A DNA stretch of 64,000 bases from Octopus sinensis (lineage: Eukaryota). The translations under genes were made by a program, and so were the position numbers. Positions 1 to 12,857 of the stretch are shown here, one piece after another. The DNA lies in the NCBI RefSeq assembly GCF_006345805.1, contig NC_042998.1, positions 96,162,001 to 96,226,000 of the forward strand, given 5' to 3'. Positions within the stretch are counted from its first letter, which is position 1. Every line of letters starts with the position of its first letter. The notes under the pieces are model-generated. The model worked only from the letters and a program-made list of their open reading frames with translations. It was not told where the DNA came from and did not search any database.

Positions 1-19
1 ATGTTTTCATTTTTCCTTC

Positions 20-340
20 GTAACAGTGTAGGTTAAAAATGCACCGGGGTCTTTAATCATCTGTCAGGTCACAACAAGGACCTCAGACAGATAATACTTT
101 TTTAAAGAGATATGCGCTCTTCCAAATAAGGCTGTTTTTTGCAAGACATCAATCTTGCTGGGGTTTTCCAGTTACCTTAAGAAGTTTTTAAGTTTCAATG
201 GGAACGAGCCCAATGCTCCGATCACCACTGGTATCACTGTTACATTACCCTCTCGCATTCCATACAGTCTTGTCATTTCCACTTTCAATTCGGAGTATTT
301 GGTGATTTTTTTCAACCTCTTTTCTCACAAAATTCTTGTC
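20..340 (-). mobile_element. R4/Dong-type (RLE) non-LTR retrotransposon, 3' fragment
   Basis: Minus strand reads DKNFVRKEVEKITKYSELKVEMTRLYGMREGNVTVIPVVIGALGSFP...LQKTALFGRAH, the C-terminal restriction-like endonuclease signature (KY..L..E; IPVVIGALG; LQK.AL.G.A). One internal stop. The 5' truncation abuts an (ATT)n tract. Confidence 0.75.
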
Positions 341-356
341 ATAATTATTATTATTA

Positions 357-403
<47 letters not shown>

Positions 404-425
404 TTATTATTATTATTATTATTTA
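341..425. repeat. (ATT)n microsatellite
   Basis: Direct reading; it produces the poly-Ile part of ORF 155..439. Confidence 0.95.
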
Positions 426-479
426 ATCCTGGGATCTAGGGGAAAGGACAGTGCTCATGGTCGGTGCAGATTTCCACAC

Positions 480-790
480 AAAAGTAAGAATGGTACAGTA
501 AATGTTTAACTCAAACACTTACAGTTTTGGAAAAAAGAATATCGTAGGGAAGCAACTCCAACAAAGAAAGAATTAGGCAAAGCCTTTAGCTTGGGATCTT
601 AAAGGTGAAATGCAGTAGAGTGGCAAGAGGAAGAATAATGAGTGTGTCGGATGGACAAACTCAGAAGAGAACAGGCTGATGTAGAATCAGTAGAGGAGGC
701 AAAGAGGAGAAATGGAACCAGCCTGGACTCATGGTTGCAATTGGCTGCTCAGTAAATCTTACCTAATATTTTTGGATGCTCTGTATAGTA
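480..790 (-). mobile_element. Highly decayed CR1/L2-type LINE 3' remnant
   Basis: Minus strand QP*VQAGSISPLCLLY*FYISLFSSEF resembles the CR1/L2 ORF2 C-terminal QPL.HRR....L.LFY.YY.G.CS.EL motif. Confidence 0.4.
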
Positions 791-3610
791 ATTACATAGC
801 TTGACTAACTTAGCGAAAATATGAATAATTTAATTAACTTAATAACAGACCAATTAAATGACGAGCATGAAAATAGCTCACTTTTAATTTCTAAATAGTT
901 TGCAGTCTTCGTATGCAAAGGCGTATCCACGCGGGCGCACACGCACACACCTATACACATACACAATTAGACACACTAACATTCACACAATGTTTATAGA
1001 CATGCATTCGCACACATGCACATGTTACATACACAAACGCCTGTATATGCGTTCTTATATACTCTCGTAGAGATACACAGAAGGAAATACTATACGTCAT
1101 ACACACAAGCACCATTAGTGTTTGTGTGTATCAAAGTATGGAATAAACATAATCAGTTTTACATACATAACCAAATATAACGTTTGTAAACATTTTTAGA
1201 ATTTGAAATTCGTTAAACATTCTCTTAGAATGCTTCACTTGGCAGTCATGCCAATGGTATGTAAATGTTGAGAATGGTTCTTTACACATAGAGTCACAAT
1301 TATAAATTGCATGTACGGATCAGGAAATATTTCACTGTTAAAGAACTGGCGATAAAATTTTGTTCATTTATTTGCATGTATGGTGGTCTGAAACAGAAAT
1401 ACTCTAAACTTAATCTCATTATCCAATTTAATTATTAATTCTAACAACTATGATAATATATATATTCGTCTAAGATAATGGTTAAAAATGGTATTTTATG
1501 TCATTATATTAATTTAACGCTTAGTTTTTAGATATGGAAGTTATGAAGCCACCTCTGTGAGACGTGCTACAAATTGGTTAAATTCGCTCCAAACTTTTGA
1601 AGATTGCTCGGCATGGATATTTGTGAAATTAGGGTTAAGAATAAACCACTGAAATATCGAGAACATGTTCTCGAGGATTAAAACTCACAGCAGCAAAATC
1701 GTGTAAAATAAAAAAAAAATAATAATAATAAAAGCAAATCCATGAGAACAAATAAATTTCGAATATTTTTTTACTAACTATGGATTGTCCATTCCTATGA
1801 AAGTAGTTTTGTTTCGTAAAATTTGTTTAAAATAACACATTTAATTATCATTCTTTTTGAATAGAATGAAAAGGTTAAAAGTCCGTTCTTTGATATTAAC
1901 GAGTCACCCAACATTACTTTTCAGCGGAATTTTAAGTAAAGAATTTAACTGTAATTTAACCAGAATATAGCTTGAAAATATTGTTTAATCCTCCTCTTTA
2001 TATTCAGGCGTTGTCTAAACTCAAGTGAATTGCGAGTCGATACAACTGCAAACAAATATAAATATATAACATCTGTTTCAAGTTTGACTTTTTTCTAATA
2101 ATCAATGTGGCTTACGTAAATAGAGAACAAAAGCAAGCTATCCATGTTAATTTATAGCAAACATACCAATGGCTTATATTTCATACGAATATTAGTTGAG
2201 TGAAATTTGGATAGTAAATGTGACGTTATGTTTTATGTAATAATGATATTATCTAAATCATGAATTTGCACAAGCTTCACAGCATAAATACGTATCTAAA
2301 ACAGGTCCTCTAACAATTAGATACATATTCTGCATTTTCCGGATGAATTTCTTATCGAAAGATATATCACGGAACTACTACAATTGTATCTTAAAGTGGG
2401 ATTGGCTGATAAGACTATTTATCTATTTATTTATTTATTATTTATTTATTTATTTATTTATTTATTCATTGTAGTTACGGCCAACATTTAACAAGCAGAA
2501 TTATGTTACATAGATAACTTATTTTCTGTAGGTAACAAACCGAACGACTATTTGTGAAACACAGGTCTACAGATGTACCATATCTTTATTGAGCCGAAGA
2601 CCACCCTACACATACTGGCATGCACTTGCTGATTGTATAGGGATGCAGTATGGCAGCTTGACCATGTTACATTTTCTTCCCTTTATGATTTGTTCCTATG
2701 TGTCACAAGATTCTGGAGAAAGAACCAAAATAGTCTCGATCGGAGTGTGACAGTTATTCTGTACAACCAAGCAATGTTTGGGGCTAATGGCGATTATTGA
2801 TTCTTATAGTATGCATACAAATTTAATGTTTTTTTTTCGTGTGTATTCGTTATGTGGTGATATGCCTTGGGAGTGTTATAAATGTCTAATTGCATTTCCC
2901 TGGAATTTGTTTTGTTTCCAATATTAACATTTTACCAAATGCAAACGAACTAATGAATAAAAGCTGTAACAAGTCATCAAATAGGTAGAAATAAAAGCCA
3001 GCTTTTCCTCAAACTACACCTCAACGTTTTAAACGATGACGAGAGACATATTGCAAAAATATAGCCTCATATATCCAATGTTTGAAAAGAAGTCGGGATA
3101 GTTACGGTGGAAACACATTTCATAATACAATCTGCTCAATCAAAGTTGAATCAGGGTAAAACAACAACGACAACAGCAACTAAATGAAAACTGATTCTTT
3201 GTCCAATAACTCAGTACAACATTTACAGTAATGTTTTAATTAATCTACATATCATTAGTCTAACCGTAAAAGTATTCGAATTTATGCGAAGTCATATTAA
3301 CATGTTCGAGTGTATTCAGACGTGATAAGATCTTTTACTGCAGAAATATTCCCGAGAGAAAATGTTCCGTGTAGACACATATGAAAATATATTTTTGTGG
3401 GTTGCGAATGACGTCATTGGATCATAGGATGCATGCATTTCTGTGTGGTTCTGCTGATGAGCAACAAAAACCAAGTTTGTCATTCATAGACCGATATGAA
3501 TGAAATTATTCTTATTAAAATAATGTTTGCTGACATGCATAAAACTTGTTCCATCTAGAATTAAATGAATAATGTCGCACAAAGCAGCGTTGAATAATAT
3601 ATATATATAT

Positions 3611-4640
3611 ACTAGCAGAGATACCCGGCGTTGCCCGGTTACATTCAATTGAAGAATTAGACTTTTCTGTTATATTTTCTGAATGAACTGGAATATCTAT
3701 GTTTCGAATTTCATCAAAATTGCAGATGAGGGTTATTTGTAATCGTGCCACATGGAAACCAAAAGACGAATGATCACAATAAGCAATCAGTTACCCTACC
3801 CTAGTCGTTACCACTCCCGATGTAGGATTCCTCACCATCCAGGTGACAGACACAGCCGTAAGATGCATTACGAATCTATAGCAATTGGAAGGGCGTGACC
3901 CAACTGAAATCAACATTAACAACTGTGTGACGTGAGGGCTTAGGAGAAATTAAAGTGTCACCTCTGGAGTTTGCAAATGACCACTATACTGATACGTAAC
4001 TGAACAGAATGAATTTAAAATCTATAAATGTCTTTGAATAACCAGTCACTCATCTGGGAAGGCCTTGTAATACATGTTACCATCTGAGGACTATGTGTGA
4101 CCGAGTTATAATAAAAAGACTGAAAGGAGGTCTGCAATCAAATAACTTTACTCAACACTTTCCAACTGAATCAGTGGAGACAAAGATGCCTCTCATTTAC
4201 TTAACAATTTATGCACCACATTGCAGAAATCACAATGTAAGTGTATGTAAAAGCAAACTGTTACACTGTTGTACCATTGAATTAGAAATAATGCCCAACT
4301 TTTATGCTCGGGTAACCCTACAGCATCCGAGAGCACAACTGTATTCGTTTTTGCTTAGATAAAATGACAAAATTGTGGGTGTTAAGTCCCCATGGAGGGA
4401 TCTTTCTAACTTTGTAAGAAGATGAAATTTTATATTACTTTATTTGTGTCTAATATCTATGGTTAAAATTTCATCAACAGCAAAAATATATGAATTGTCA
4501 TGGGAGTTATGGCCCTTATGCTTAGAACATAATTTCCAAATTTCATAATGATCCATTCAGTACTTTTGACCTAGTTTTGGATCATAAAAGAAATGACTAA
4601 AATTTGGGAGTTAAGGCTCCCATTAAGGTGTTATATATAT
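3611..4640 (+). mobile_element. Non-autonomous Helitron/Helentron-like element (extent uncertain)
   Basis: Starts ACTAGCAGAGATACCCGGCGTTGCCCGG after a TA tract, a motif shared with 15116. Contains CCAAATTTCATAATGATCC-type subterminal motifs and ends in TTATATATAT. Confidence 0.4.
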
Positions 4641-4644
4641 ATAA

Positions 4645-4850
4645 AGTTAATCCAAACGAGAAAACAAAAAAAAAAAAAGCACAACAACGCGAGGACGTGG
4701 AACAAATAAAGTATTATTGGACGCTCAGGAAAGAAGGGAAGAAGGAGGGTTTAACGTTTCGAGCGGAGCTCTTCGTCGGAAACATAGGAGAAGGAAAGAT
4801 CCCGAGAAGGGAAGACAGTGGAAAAAAATCGCCAGCGGTACTCACGAGGT
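4645..4850 (-). mobile_element. Penelope-like terminal repeat (pseudo-LTR) fragment embedded in TA microsatellite
   Basis: Carries a minimal hammerhead-like motif at 4749-4783 and is flanked by (TA)n. Confidence 0.55.
4749..4783 (-). ncRNA. Minimal type-I hammerhead ribozyme-like motif (U4C core variant)
   Basis: GUUU-CCGACGA-A-GAGC(ucc)GCUC-GAA-ACGU-U-AAAC: 4-bp stem I, 4-bp stem II, palindromic ACGU stem III. Confidence 0.55.
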
Positions 4851-4913
4851 CATATATATATATATATATATATATAAGTTTCCCTGTAAGTTTGGATTTA
4901 TTCCCTAATATTT

Positions 4914-4952
<39 letters not shown>

Positions 4953-4969
4953 TATATATATATATATAT

Positions 4970-5004
<35 letters not shown>

Positions 5005-5237
5005 TAGATATAGATATAGATACACACACACAAAGATAAATTGATAGATACAACTGAGTGGGCAAACAAAAATATGAGACACAGCCTAGTGTTTTTTATG
5101 TTGACAAGCCTAGTACTTATTCTATTAGTTTGTTCTTGTGAAACCAGTAAGTTTTGTGGATGTAAATAAATGAACAGCAGTAGTGAAGCAGTGATGAGGG
5201 CGAAACACAGACACAAAGACACACACACACATACACT

Positions 5238-5290
<53 letters not shown>

Positions 5291-5331
5291 GATTGATTTG
5301 TTTCAGTTCCTGTCTACGAAATCCATATATA

Positions 5332-6366
5332 TTGTTGTTGGCATCCTTTTTGTCTCGAGAGACAATGGAGTTGCGCATAAAATAAACTAGTCCGGCTTTT
5401 ACATTTCATGTCCTAATACATCTCCTGCTGTGGCTGTGTAGTCCTATCCTGGACAAACACTCACTCTGGCAGGTGCCGCAAATGTAGCGAAGACTTTGCC
5501 TGGCTGGTTGTAATGTCATACTTTCTTGTTGACGTCTTTTCTTGTCTTTCCATTTCTCCTCTCCCTCTATGCCACTCCTTTGTGTTCCCTCTTTTACGGT
5601 ACGTCGCCAATCTCCACGGTTGCTGACAACTGCTTCCCAGTTGGTAATATTGATGTTGCAGACATTCATGTCCCTTTTGCAAACATCCTTGTATCGTAAG
5701 AACGGTCTTCCCACAGACCTAGTGCCCCTAGCAAGCTTTCTGTTGAGTATGTCCTTGGGGATTCTGCCATCTTCCATACGGCTAACATGTCGAAACCATC
5801 CCATACGTATTTGTGCGAGGAGTGTAAGCATGCTTGGTGTTCCTGCTTGCTTGAGGACATCTTTGTTGGGGACAAGATTCTGCAATTTGATGCGAAGGAT
5901 TTTCTGGAGGCAGCGCAGGTGAAAGATATTTAGGCGACGTATGGCGTCGTATGGCGTGTGTATGGCGTCCAAGTCTCACTTTCATACAGTAGAGTGCTAA
6001 GTACACATGCCTGGTAAATCTTCATTTTTGTGGTCTTGGTCAGCTTATTGTTGTCCCATGTCCCATGCCCATCACAGCAGCTGCCTTGCCGATGCGTATA
6101 TTGAGCTCAGTATCAAGGGATAGGGTGTAGGTGACGGTAGAGCCAAGATAGGTAACCTTCTCCACCTAGTGTAGTCTGTGGTCTCCAATATGTATGTTTG
6201 GGATGGTCGATGTAGCTTGATCCATGATGTTGGTCTTCTTGAGGCTGATAAATAAACCAAAGTTGCCATATGCTTGCTCAAAGCAGTTGATGAGCCTTTG
6301 TAGGGCTTCTTTTGTGTGTGATACCAGAGCGGCATCATCAGCAAATAGCAATTCCTTGATCATGAT
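5332..6366 (-). mobile_element. RTE-clade LINE, 5'-truncated and decayed
   Basis: [15 protein letters not shown] motif; FHLRCLQKIL..WFRHVSRMEDGRIPK..GRP.LRYKD; C-terminal CGTCQSECLSRIGLHSHSRRC; 3' end CCATTGTCTCTCGAGAC...GATGCCAACAAC. Frameshifts present. Confidence 0.93.
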
Positions 6367-6550
6367 CTCTATATATCTATATATATATATCTCTATATAT
6401 CTATATCTGTATATATATCTATATCTATATATATATATCTATATCTATATCTATATATATCTATATATCTATTTATTATATATCTATATCTATATATATC
6501 TATATCTATATATATATCTATATCTATATATCTATATATATATATACACT

Positions 6551-6954
6551 ATTGCAGCGTGGAAGGTGTTTGTAAGCCATTTAAGAAACACACAAAAGCC
6601 GTTCGATTCACTTCAACATTTAAGTTTAATTTGTCAAAATATTTTCGTCGCTAAGATCCGCGACCTGTTCACTGACAAAAATCTGTGCTGCATCTCAGAT
6701 AGCTGCGGCCATGCTGATGCACCGCCGTTTTGTGATACACTGTTATTACGACGAACCTCGTCTAATATGTGGCACTTGGTGAAGAATGGAGTTTGATATA
6801 GCTACTCTCAGATGCAGCACGGATTTTTGTCAGTGAACAGGTCGCGGATTTTAGCGACGAAAATATTTTGACAAATTAAACTTAAATGTTGAAGTGAATC
6901 GAACGGCTTTTGTGTGTTTCTTAAATGGCTTACAAACACCTTCCACGCTGCAAT
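6551..6954. repeat. Inverted repeat: 145-bp arms (6551-6695 / 6810-6954) around a 114-bp spacer
   Basis: Arms compared by hand: 2 mismatches. The spacer (6701-6810) duplicates the LINE 3' end at 7247-7356 with 2 mismatches. Confidence 0.93.
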
Positions 6955-7010
6955 TGTTTTCGTTCCAGCACACGATCTCAGATCAAATCACTTAGCTATG
7001 CGAGTACATC
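6810..7010 (+). mobile_element. Penelope-like terminal repeat with hammerhead-like motif
   Basis: Contains motif 6826-6875, continues past the inverted arm to 7010, then (TATC)n. The inverted partial copy at 6551-6695 fits known Penelope inverted-terminus architecture. Confidence 0.55.
6826..6875 (+). ncRNA. Minimal type-I hammerhead-like motif with G3:C8 swapped core (mirror copy 6630-6679, minus strand)
   Basis: UUUGUCA-GUGAACA-G-GUCGC(ggauuuua)GCGAC-GAA-AAUAUU-U-UGACAAA: 7-bp stem I, 5-bp stem II, palindromic AAUAUU stem III. Confidence 0.55.
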
Positions 7011-7018
7011 TCTATATC

Positions 7019-7087
<69 letters not shown>

Positions 7088-7114
7088 ATATATATATATA
7101 TATATCTATATATA

Positions 7115-7215
<101 letters not shown>

Positions 7216-7222
7216 ATATATA

Positions 7223-8977
7223 TTTTTTTTTCCAGTTTCAGCTCAGAGCTGCGGCCATGCTGATGCACCGCCGTTTTGTGCTACACTGTTATTACGACGA
7301 ACCTCGTCTAATATGTGGCACTTAGTGAAGAATGGAGTTTGATATAGCTACTCTCATTTGCACCTCTTGCCGTGAGGTAGGTTCATCTGGGGCTCTTGAC
7401 AGGAAGATGTCCAGCTTTGATTTAAAAACCGCTACATCTACTTCGTGCAAGTTCCTCAGACTCTTTGGGAAAATATTAAAAAGCTGTGGGCCTTTGAAAC
7501 CCAAGCTGTTGCAGAAGCTGTTCCTGAAGCGTGATAGCATTGCTGGGATCTTTGGCACTATGCAGTGTCGTCTCGTTCTAGCATTGGTGTAGCTTACAAT
7601 GCCAAAATTTGGCACAATTCCTCCAGGATCTTCCAGACATATATTACTGCATTCCTCTCCCGTCTTCTCTCCAGGGAGTAGAGTCTTAGCTGGTTCAACC
7701 TTTCCCAGTAGCTGAGCTGTTGCAAAGAGACGATCTTCTTTGGGAATCTTCTCTGGATTGCTTCAAGGTCCGCTGTTAATTTTACACTGGTGGGTGACCA
7801 TAGCTGTGAGCAGTAATCCAGGCGGCTGAGGACGAATGTCCGCCAGAGGACTATCATGGTTTCCTTATCACTGGTTCTGAATGTTCTTAGGATCCACCCA
7901 GCCAGTCGTCTGCACATTGTCACCATCCTGGTAGTGCACTTGGAAAGGGGTATCATCACTCCTGTCGATCCCCAGGTCCCTCACAGACTTAGGCTCTGTG
8001 ATTGAAATCCCCTGTGGACCGGTGTATCCTGTAAGTTTAATATTCAGTTTTGGATGCTGGTAGCGCAGGTCCTGGAATTTTTCAGCATTAAACTGCATAT
8101 TATTATCCTCAGCCCATCTGTAGATTGAGTCCAACTCCTGCTGCAGGTGTGCAACATCGCTGGGGTTCTGTATTTTCTGCGAGACTTTCGTATCGTCTGC
8201 GTAGCTGGCCAGAGTGGCTATCCGGGCATTTGAGGGCATATCTGAGAGGGTCATTATAAAAAGCAGTGGTCCCAAGACAGTGCCCTGTGGAACACCGCTC
8301 ACTATTTGTGTGTTCATAGGGGTGGCTCCATTAACCACTACTGTCTGACTCCTATCTTTCAGGAAGTCATGTAACCACACTCCAAGTTTTCCAGCTATGC
8401 CGAGGTCACGCAGTTTGTGGCATATCATACCATGATTCACTTTGTCAAAAGCTTTTGCAAAATCAAGGTAGATTACGTCCACATTTGATTTGTTGAGTAA
8501 CTGCCTCAACACCCAGTCATAATGCTGTAAGAGCTGGGTCAGGCAGCTCCTATCTGGTCGAAAACCATGCTGGGTATCACTCAGCAAGTTATTTTCCTCA
8601 AGGAATGCGAGCAGTTTCTTTCTGACTATCCTTTCCATGACTTTGCAGATGTGTGAAGTCAGAGAGATAGGCCTATAGTTTTTGGCATCTGCTCTACATC
8701 CCCCTTTATGTATTGGGCATATTATTCCCTCCTTCAGCTTGCTTGGCAGTTTGCCATTCGCAAGAAAGCTCTGGAAAAGAATCTTGAGGGGTTTTGCCAG
8801 GGCATGCTTACACGCTTTGAGGAGGATGGCTGGGAAACCATCTGGACCAGCAGCTGAGTTTGTGTCCACTTCATCTATAGCTAGTAGGACATCTTTTTCG
8901 CTAATCCCAATACATACTATTGTAACCGCCTCGCTGGTTATAGGTGAGGCGGCAAAGAAGTCCACTGGTTCGTTCAT
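7223..8977 (-). mobile_element. CR1-clade LINE, 5'-truncated, with RT domain and 3' UTR/poly(A)
   Basis: 369-aa frame with AAGPDG, YRPISLTSHICKVMERIV, QHGFR, YLDFAKAFDKV, SGVPQGTVLGPLLF, YADDTK. C-terminus continues in two shifted frames (LDYCSQLWSP; YSLERRRER; NSILH*). A-tail at 7223-7231. Confidence 0.95.
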
Positions 8978-8980
8978 TTG

Positions 8981-9055
8981 TCTGTGTTCCAGATATATAT
9001 ATATATATGTGTGTTCCAGATATATATATATATATATATGTGTTCCAGATATATA
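8981..9055. repeat. 3x TGTGTTCCAGA(TA)n minisatellite at the LINE 5' truncation
   Basis: Three direct copies visible, followed by (TAGA)/(TATC) tracts. Confidence 0.85.
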
Positions 9056-9123
9056 TATATAGATAGATATATATATATCTATATAGATAGATATATAAAT
9101 ATAGATATATACATCTATATAGA

Positions 9124-9197
<74 letters not shown>

Positions 9198-9214
9198 CTA
9201 TCTATCTATCACCT

Positions 9215-9261
<47 letters not shown>

Positions 9262-9302
9262 TATATAATATATTATATATATATATATATAAACTTACAT
9301 AT

Positions 9303-9985
9303 AAACTTAGATATGTTTCGACCAAAGATTGGTCCAGGCCATGTCTAACTTAATAGCACCACATGATAGGATTATCTAAATCCTGTTTAAGTCAAGTTTT
9401 GTTTGTGGTCCATTCAAGTAGTGAGTTTTTGTTGGGTGAGTTGTATCCAATTATGGGTGGCTTATCTGGTATTCCTTGAAGGAATCTATCCAGACTCCAT
9501 TTAAAGTTGATGGAATCCTTTTCCTCTTTGATCTCTTTCGGGACAATGTTAAGTAGGGCAGGGTCTGTTGAGGAAAAGAAATTATGTTGCAGTGTACATG
9601 TATGCTGTGATCCTGAATTGGGCAGGGGACCTATGGCCCGTGGTTCCAGTCTTGGATGAACCTTGAAGATAATGTTCAGATCGTTTGGCCAAAGTTGGCA
9701 GTATATTCTCCACATCGTGCAAATGATGTACCGCTCACGGCGGCGCTGGAGAGAGTAGAGTTTCAAGGCTTTAAGGCGGTCCCAATAATCGAGAGCAGCC
9801 ATGCCTTCCTTTCGTTTAGTGAGTGCCCTCTGGGGTGATTCAATCCTCGAGATGTTTTGTCTTGTATAGGGAGACCACAGTGGGCAGCAGTATTCGAGGT
9901 GTGGCCGTACAAAGGAGGAGAAAAGTAGTATGATGACACCTTGTTCTCTGGACCGGAAGGTTCTTAAGATCCAGGAACTCATCCT
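9303..9985 (-). mobile_element. CR1-clade LINE 3' fragment (second subfamily)
   Basis: SWILRTF..FVRPHLEYCCPLWSP..YWDRLKALKLYSLQRRRERY..LDRFLQGIPDKP..NSLLEW*. 3' UTR ends CATGGCCTGGACCAATCTTTGGTCGAAAC. 5' end at (CA)n. Confidence 0.93.
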
Positions 9986-10081
9986 ACACACACACACGCA
10001 CACACACACGCACACACACACACACACACACCACACACACACCACACACCACACACACCACACACACCAACACACACACAT

Positions 10082-10130
<49 letters not shown>

Positions 10131-10674
10131 GAGATAAGAGAGAGATATAGATATAGATATATATAGATAGATATATATAGATATATATAGATATATATAT
10201 ATATAGATATATATATATATATATATATCGCTAGTGATAACAATACTCAAATATATAACAGACTGGAATTGTAGGCCCGTCTCTTGCAATTTCGATCAAT
10301 TGGATCTTGTCCTTGCTCTTGTATAGAAGTGTACGGCTGCAGCGAAATTCATTTTTGGACTTTCTTCTATCGAAGGCATTTTAACAAAAATGCTTCCGTA
10401 AAGACGGTGAAAATATTGTGAAGTTCCCCAAACAGGGACACAATTCAATTTTTAAACAATAACCAAAACCCCTTCTCCAAAAGGGGGAGGGTTACGGTTT
10501 ACAATTATTTAACAAATGCAACACAACAACGTTTCCCTGACGAGGAACAAACAAATGTGATTACAATAGTCAAACAGTAATAATAATAACAACAAACCTT
10601 TTTATTTTATCCCCATTTATGTGAAACCACTTATTCAAGTTCAAGTGATTGATGCAATTTTATACGAATTGCTA

Positions 10675-10719
<45 letters not shown>

Positions 10720-10721
<2 letters not shown>

Positions 10722-11109
10722 AAGGGTGAAAAACTGAATATTAATTTGATTAATATGAATTGAAAACCAGTGGTGTAGCATATAAAACCATAGCGGATCT
10801 TCTAGCAAAATGGATGCCCACTGTTAATGGTTCATCCCTGTTATATAATACTTTCACTTTAATAGTTTCAGTATTAAAGTGAATGTCTGCATTACAATAG
10901 AGAGATGTTTTTGTTTCTCTTTTAACACGTAATACTGAAATAGTGGAGAAGATGTGATATTGCTATGGGATCGCCCTAGAGAAAAAGTAAAACTTTTTTG
11001 CCGATGACACTCCCCGGACCTTAAGTAAGGCATGTGTAAAATTTGAATGAAATTGGTTGTGTAGTTCTCAAATTTTAGAGAAACACACAGAAAGACACAC
11101 ACATTGTCA

Positions 11110-11115
<6 letters not shown>
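10720..11115 (+). mobile_element. Helentron-associated (HINE-like) non-autonomous element, 3' part
   Basis: Ends AAAATTTGAATGAAATTGGTTGTGTAGTTCTC...ACACACACATTGTCAGTTTTATATAT, the same terminal architecture as 15116-15514. Confidence 0.4.
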
Positions 11116-11152
<37 letters not shown>

Positions 11153-11165
11153 GCGTGTAAAGACA

Positions 11166-11235
<70 letters not shown>

Positions 11236-11494
11236 TGTAAAGACACATTTAGTGCGTTGGCGTTTATTCGGACGTGACATATAAATGCATATATGATATA
11301 TATATGGAATAGTCCCGAAAAAAAATCTTAATAAGAACTACGAAGTTCTGTGTAGAGTTGCAATACTGTTTTTTCTATCAGCAGAGGTTGTTTATAGAAT
11401 GATATTATTTCAACGCTGAAAATGAAGGAAAACAGAGGAACTGAACAACAACAACAACAGAAAATACGCGTAATTTAACCGAGGTTTTCTTTTA

Positions 11495-11783
11495 TACTTT
11501 ACTTGTTTCGGTCATTGAACTGCAGCCATACTAAGGCTCCATCTTGAAGGGTTTAGTCGAACAAGTCAATCCCAGAATTATCTTTTACGTAGAGTACTTA
11601 TTATGTCAGTCTCTGTCGCCTAAACGCTAAGTTACAGGAATATAAACAAAATAGCACCGGTCGTCCAAGAGGTGTTGCTGTTGGTGGGACTAACACAAAT
11701 ACACATATACATACACCTACTCACACACACAAATATACATATATATATACACATTCACCACTCACTAACACACACACACATGC

Positions 11784-11831
<48 letters not shown>

Positions 11832-12025
11832 AGATATAGATATAGATATATATATATAAATATATGATGGGCTTCCGCACAGTTTCCGTCTACCAAATTC
11901 ATTTACTCACATAGCATTGGTCGGCCCGGGTCTATAGTAGAAGACATTCCCAATGTCACCCATTGGGACTGAAATGGAAAAAAAACATGGTTGCAAAGCG
12001 AGCTTCTTGACGACATGGGCATGCT
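11495..12025 (-). mobile_element. tRNA-derived SINE, family B (internal microsatellite)
   Basis: Homologous to 25447, 42405 and 47139: tRNA-like head, CTACTATAG-CC-GGGCCGACC body, internal TA/CA tract, tail ending ...GAAACAAGTAAA. Confidence 0.85.
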
Positions 12026-12617
12026 TGCGCTTATAAAGATGCTTATAAAATGAATTCTTTTTTTTTTCTCAACATTAAAAATTCAAGAAAGGCAGAGGAA
12101 CAGAACAACATATCGCATGTGTATCTTCAATTAAGTGCATTATCATTTTTATCCACTCCCCAAATTCCTCCTTCCTTTACGTTCTTGAAACTTTAGCGTG
12201 GGTGGGTGATAAAAATTATTTTTCTATTACGATTTATTACACACAGTAGATGCTCTAATGTTCGTCTTCCGATGGCTATCTATTTAAGGGAAAAAACACT
12301 GAAGCAATAAACAAGTCATTAAGTTAAAAGTGTGATGTTTTAAGACAGTTTTGCACTTGAGATGATGCGACAATTTCTATATTGTTAGTTTTATTTCTGC
12401 ATTGAAGCAAAACATGAATCACAAAATAAATCTTGTCTTCCTCACGAAGAAGAAGAACACACATACTACTTGAGATGTGAAGAGTGTTTTCCCCACTATT
12501 TTCATTAAAAAACCCACGAGAGATAAATACGATCATTCACATCAAACACATATTCACACAAAATACTCGCTCCCATATGTACACACACATACATGCACTT
12601 ACCCACAGATGTGATGA

Positions 12618-12666
<49 letters not shown>

Positions 12667-12734
12667 ATATATACATCATCATATCTGTGGGTAAGTGTAT
12701 GTATATATGTATATATATATCAAATATACATGTA

Positions 12735-12793
<59 letters not shown>

Positions 12794-12825
12794 TATATAA
12801 TACCATATATATATATATATGCATT

Positions 12826-12857
<32 letters not shown>

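Noticed and set aside
9303-9345. Hairpin + GAAAC at the CR1 3' end as a hammerhead
   Set aside because: No CUGANGA-like core upstream; better explained as the LINE 3' recognition stem-loop.
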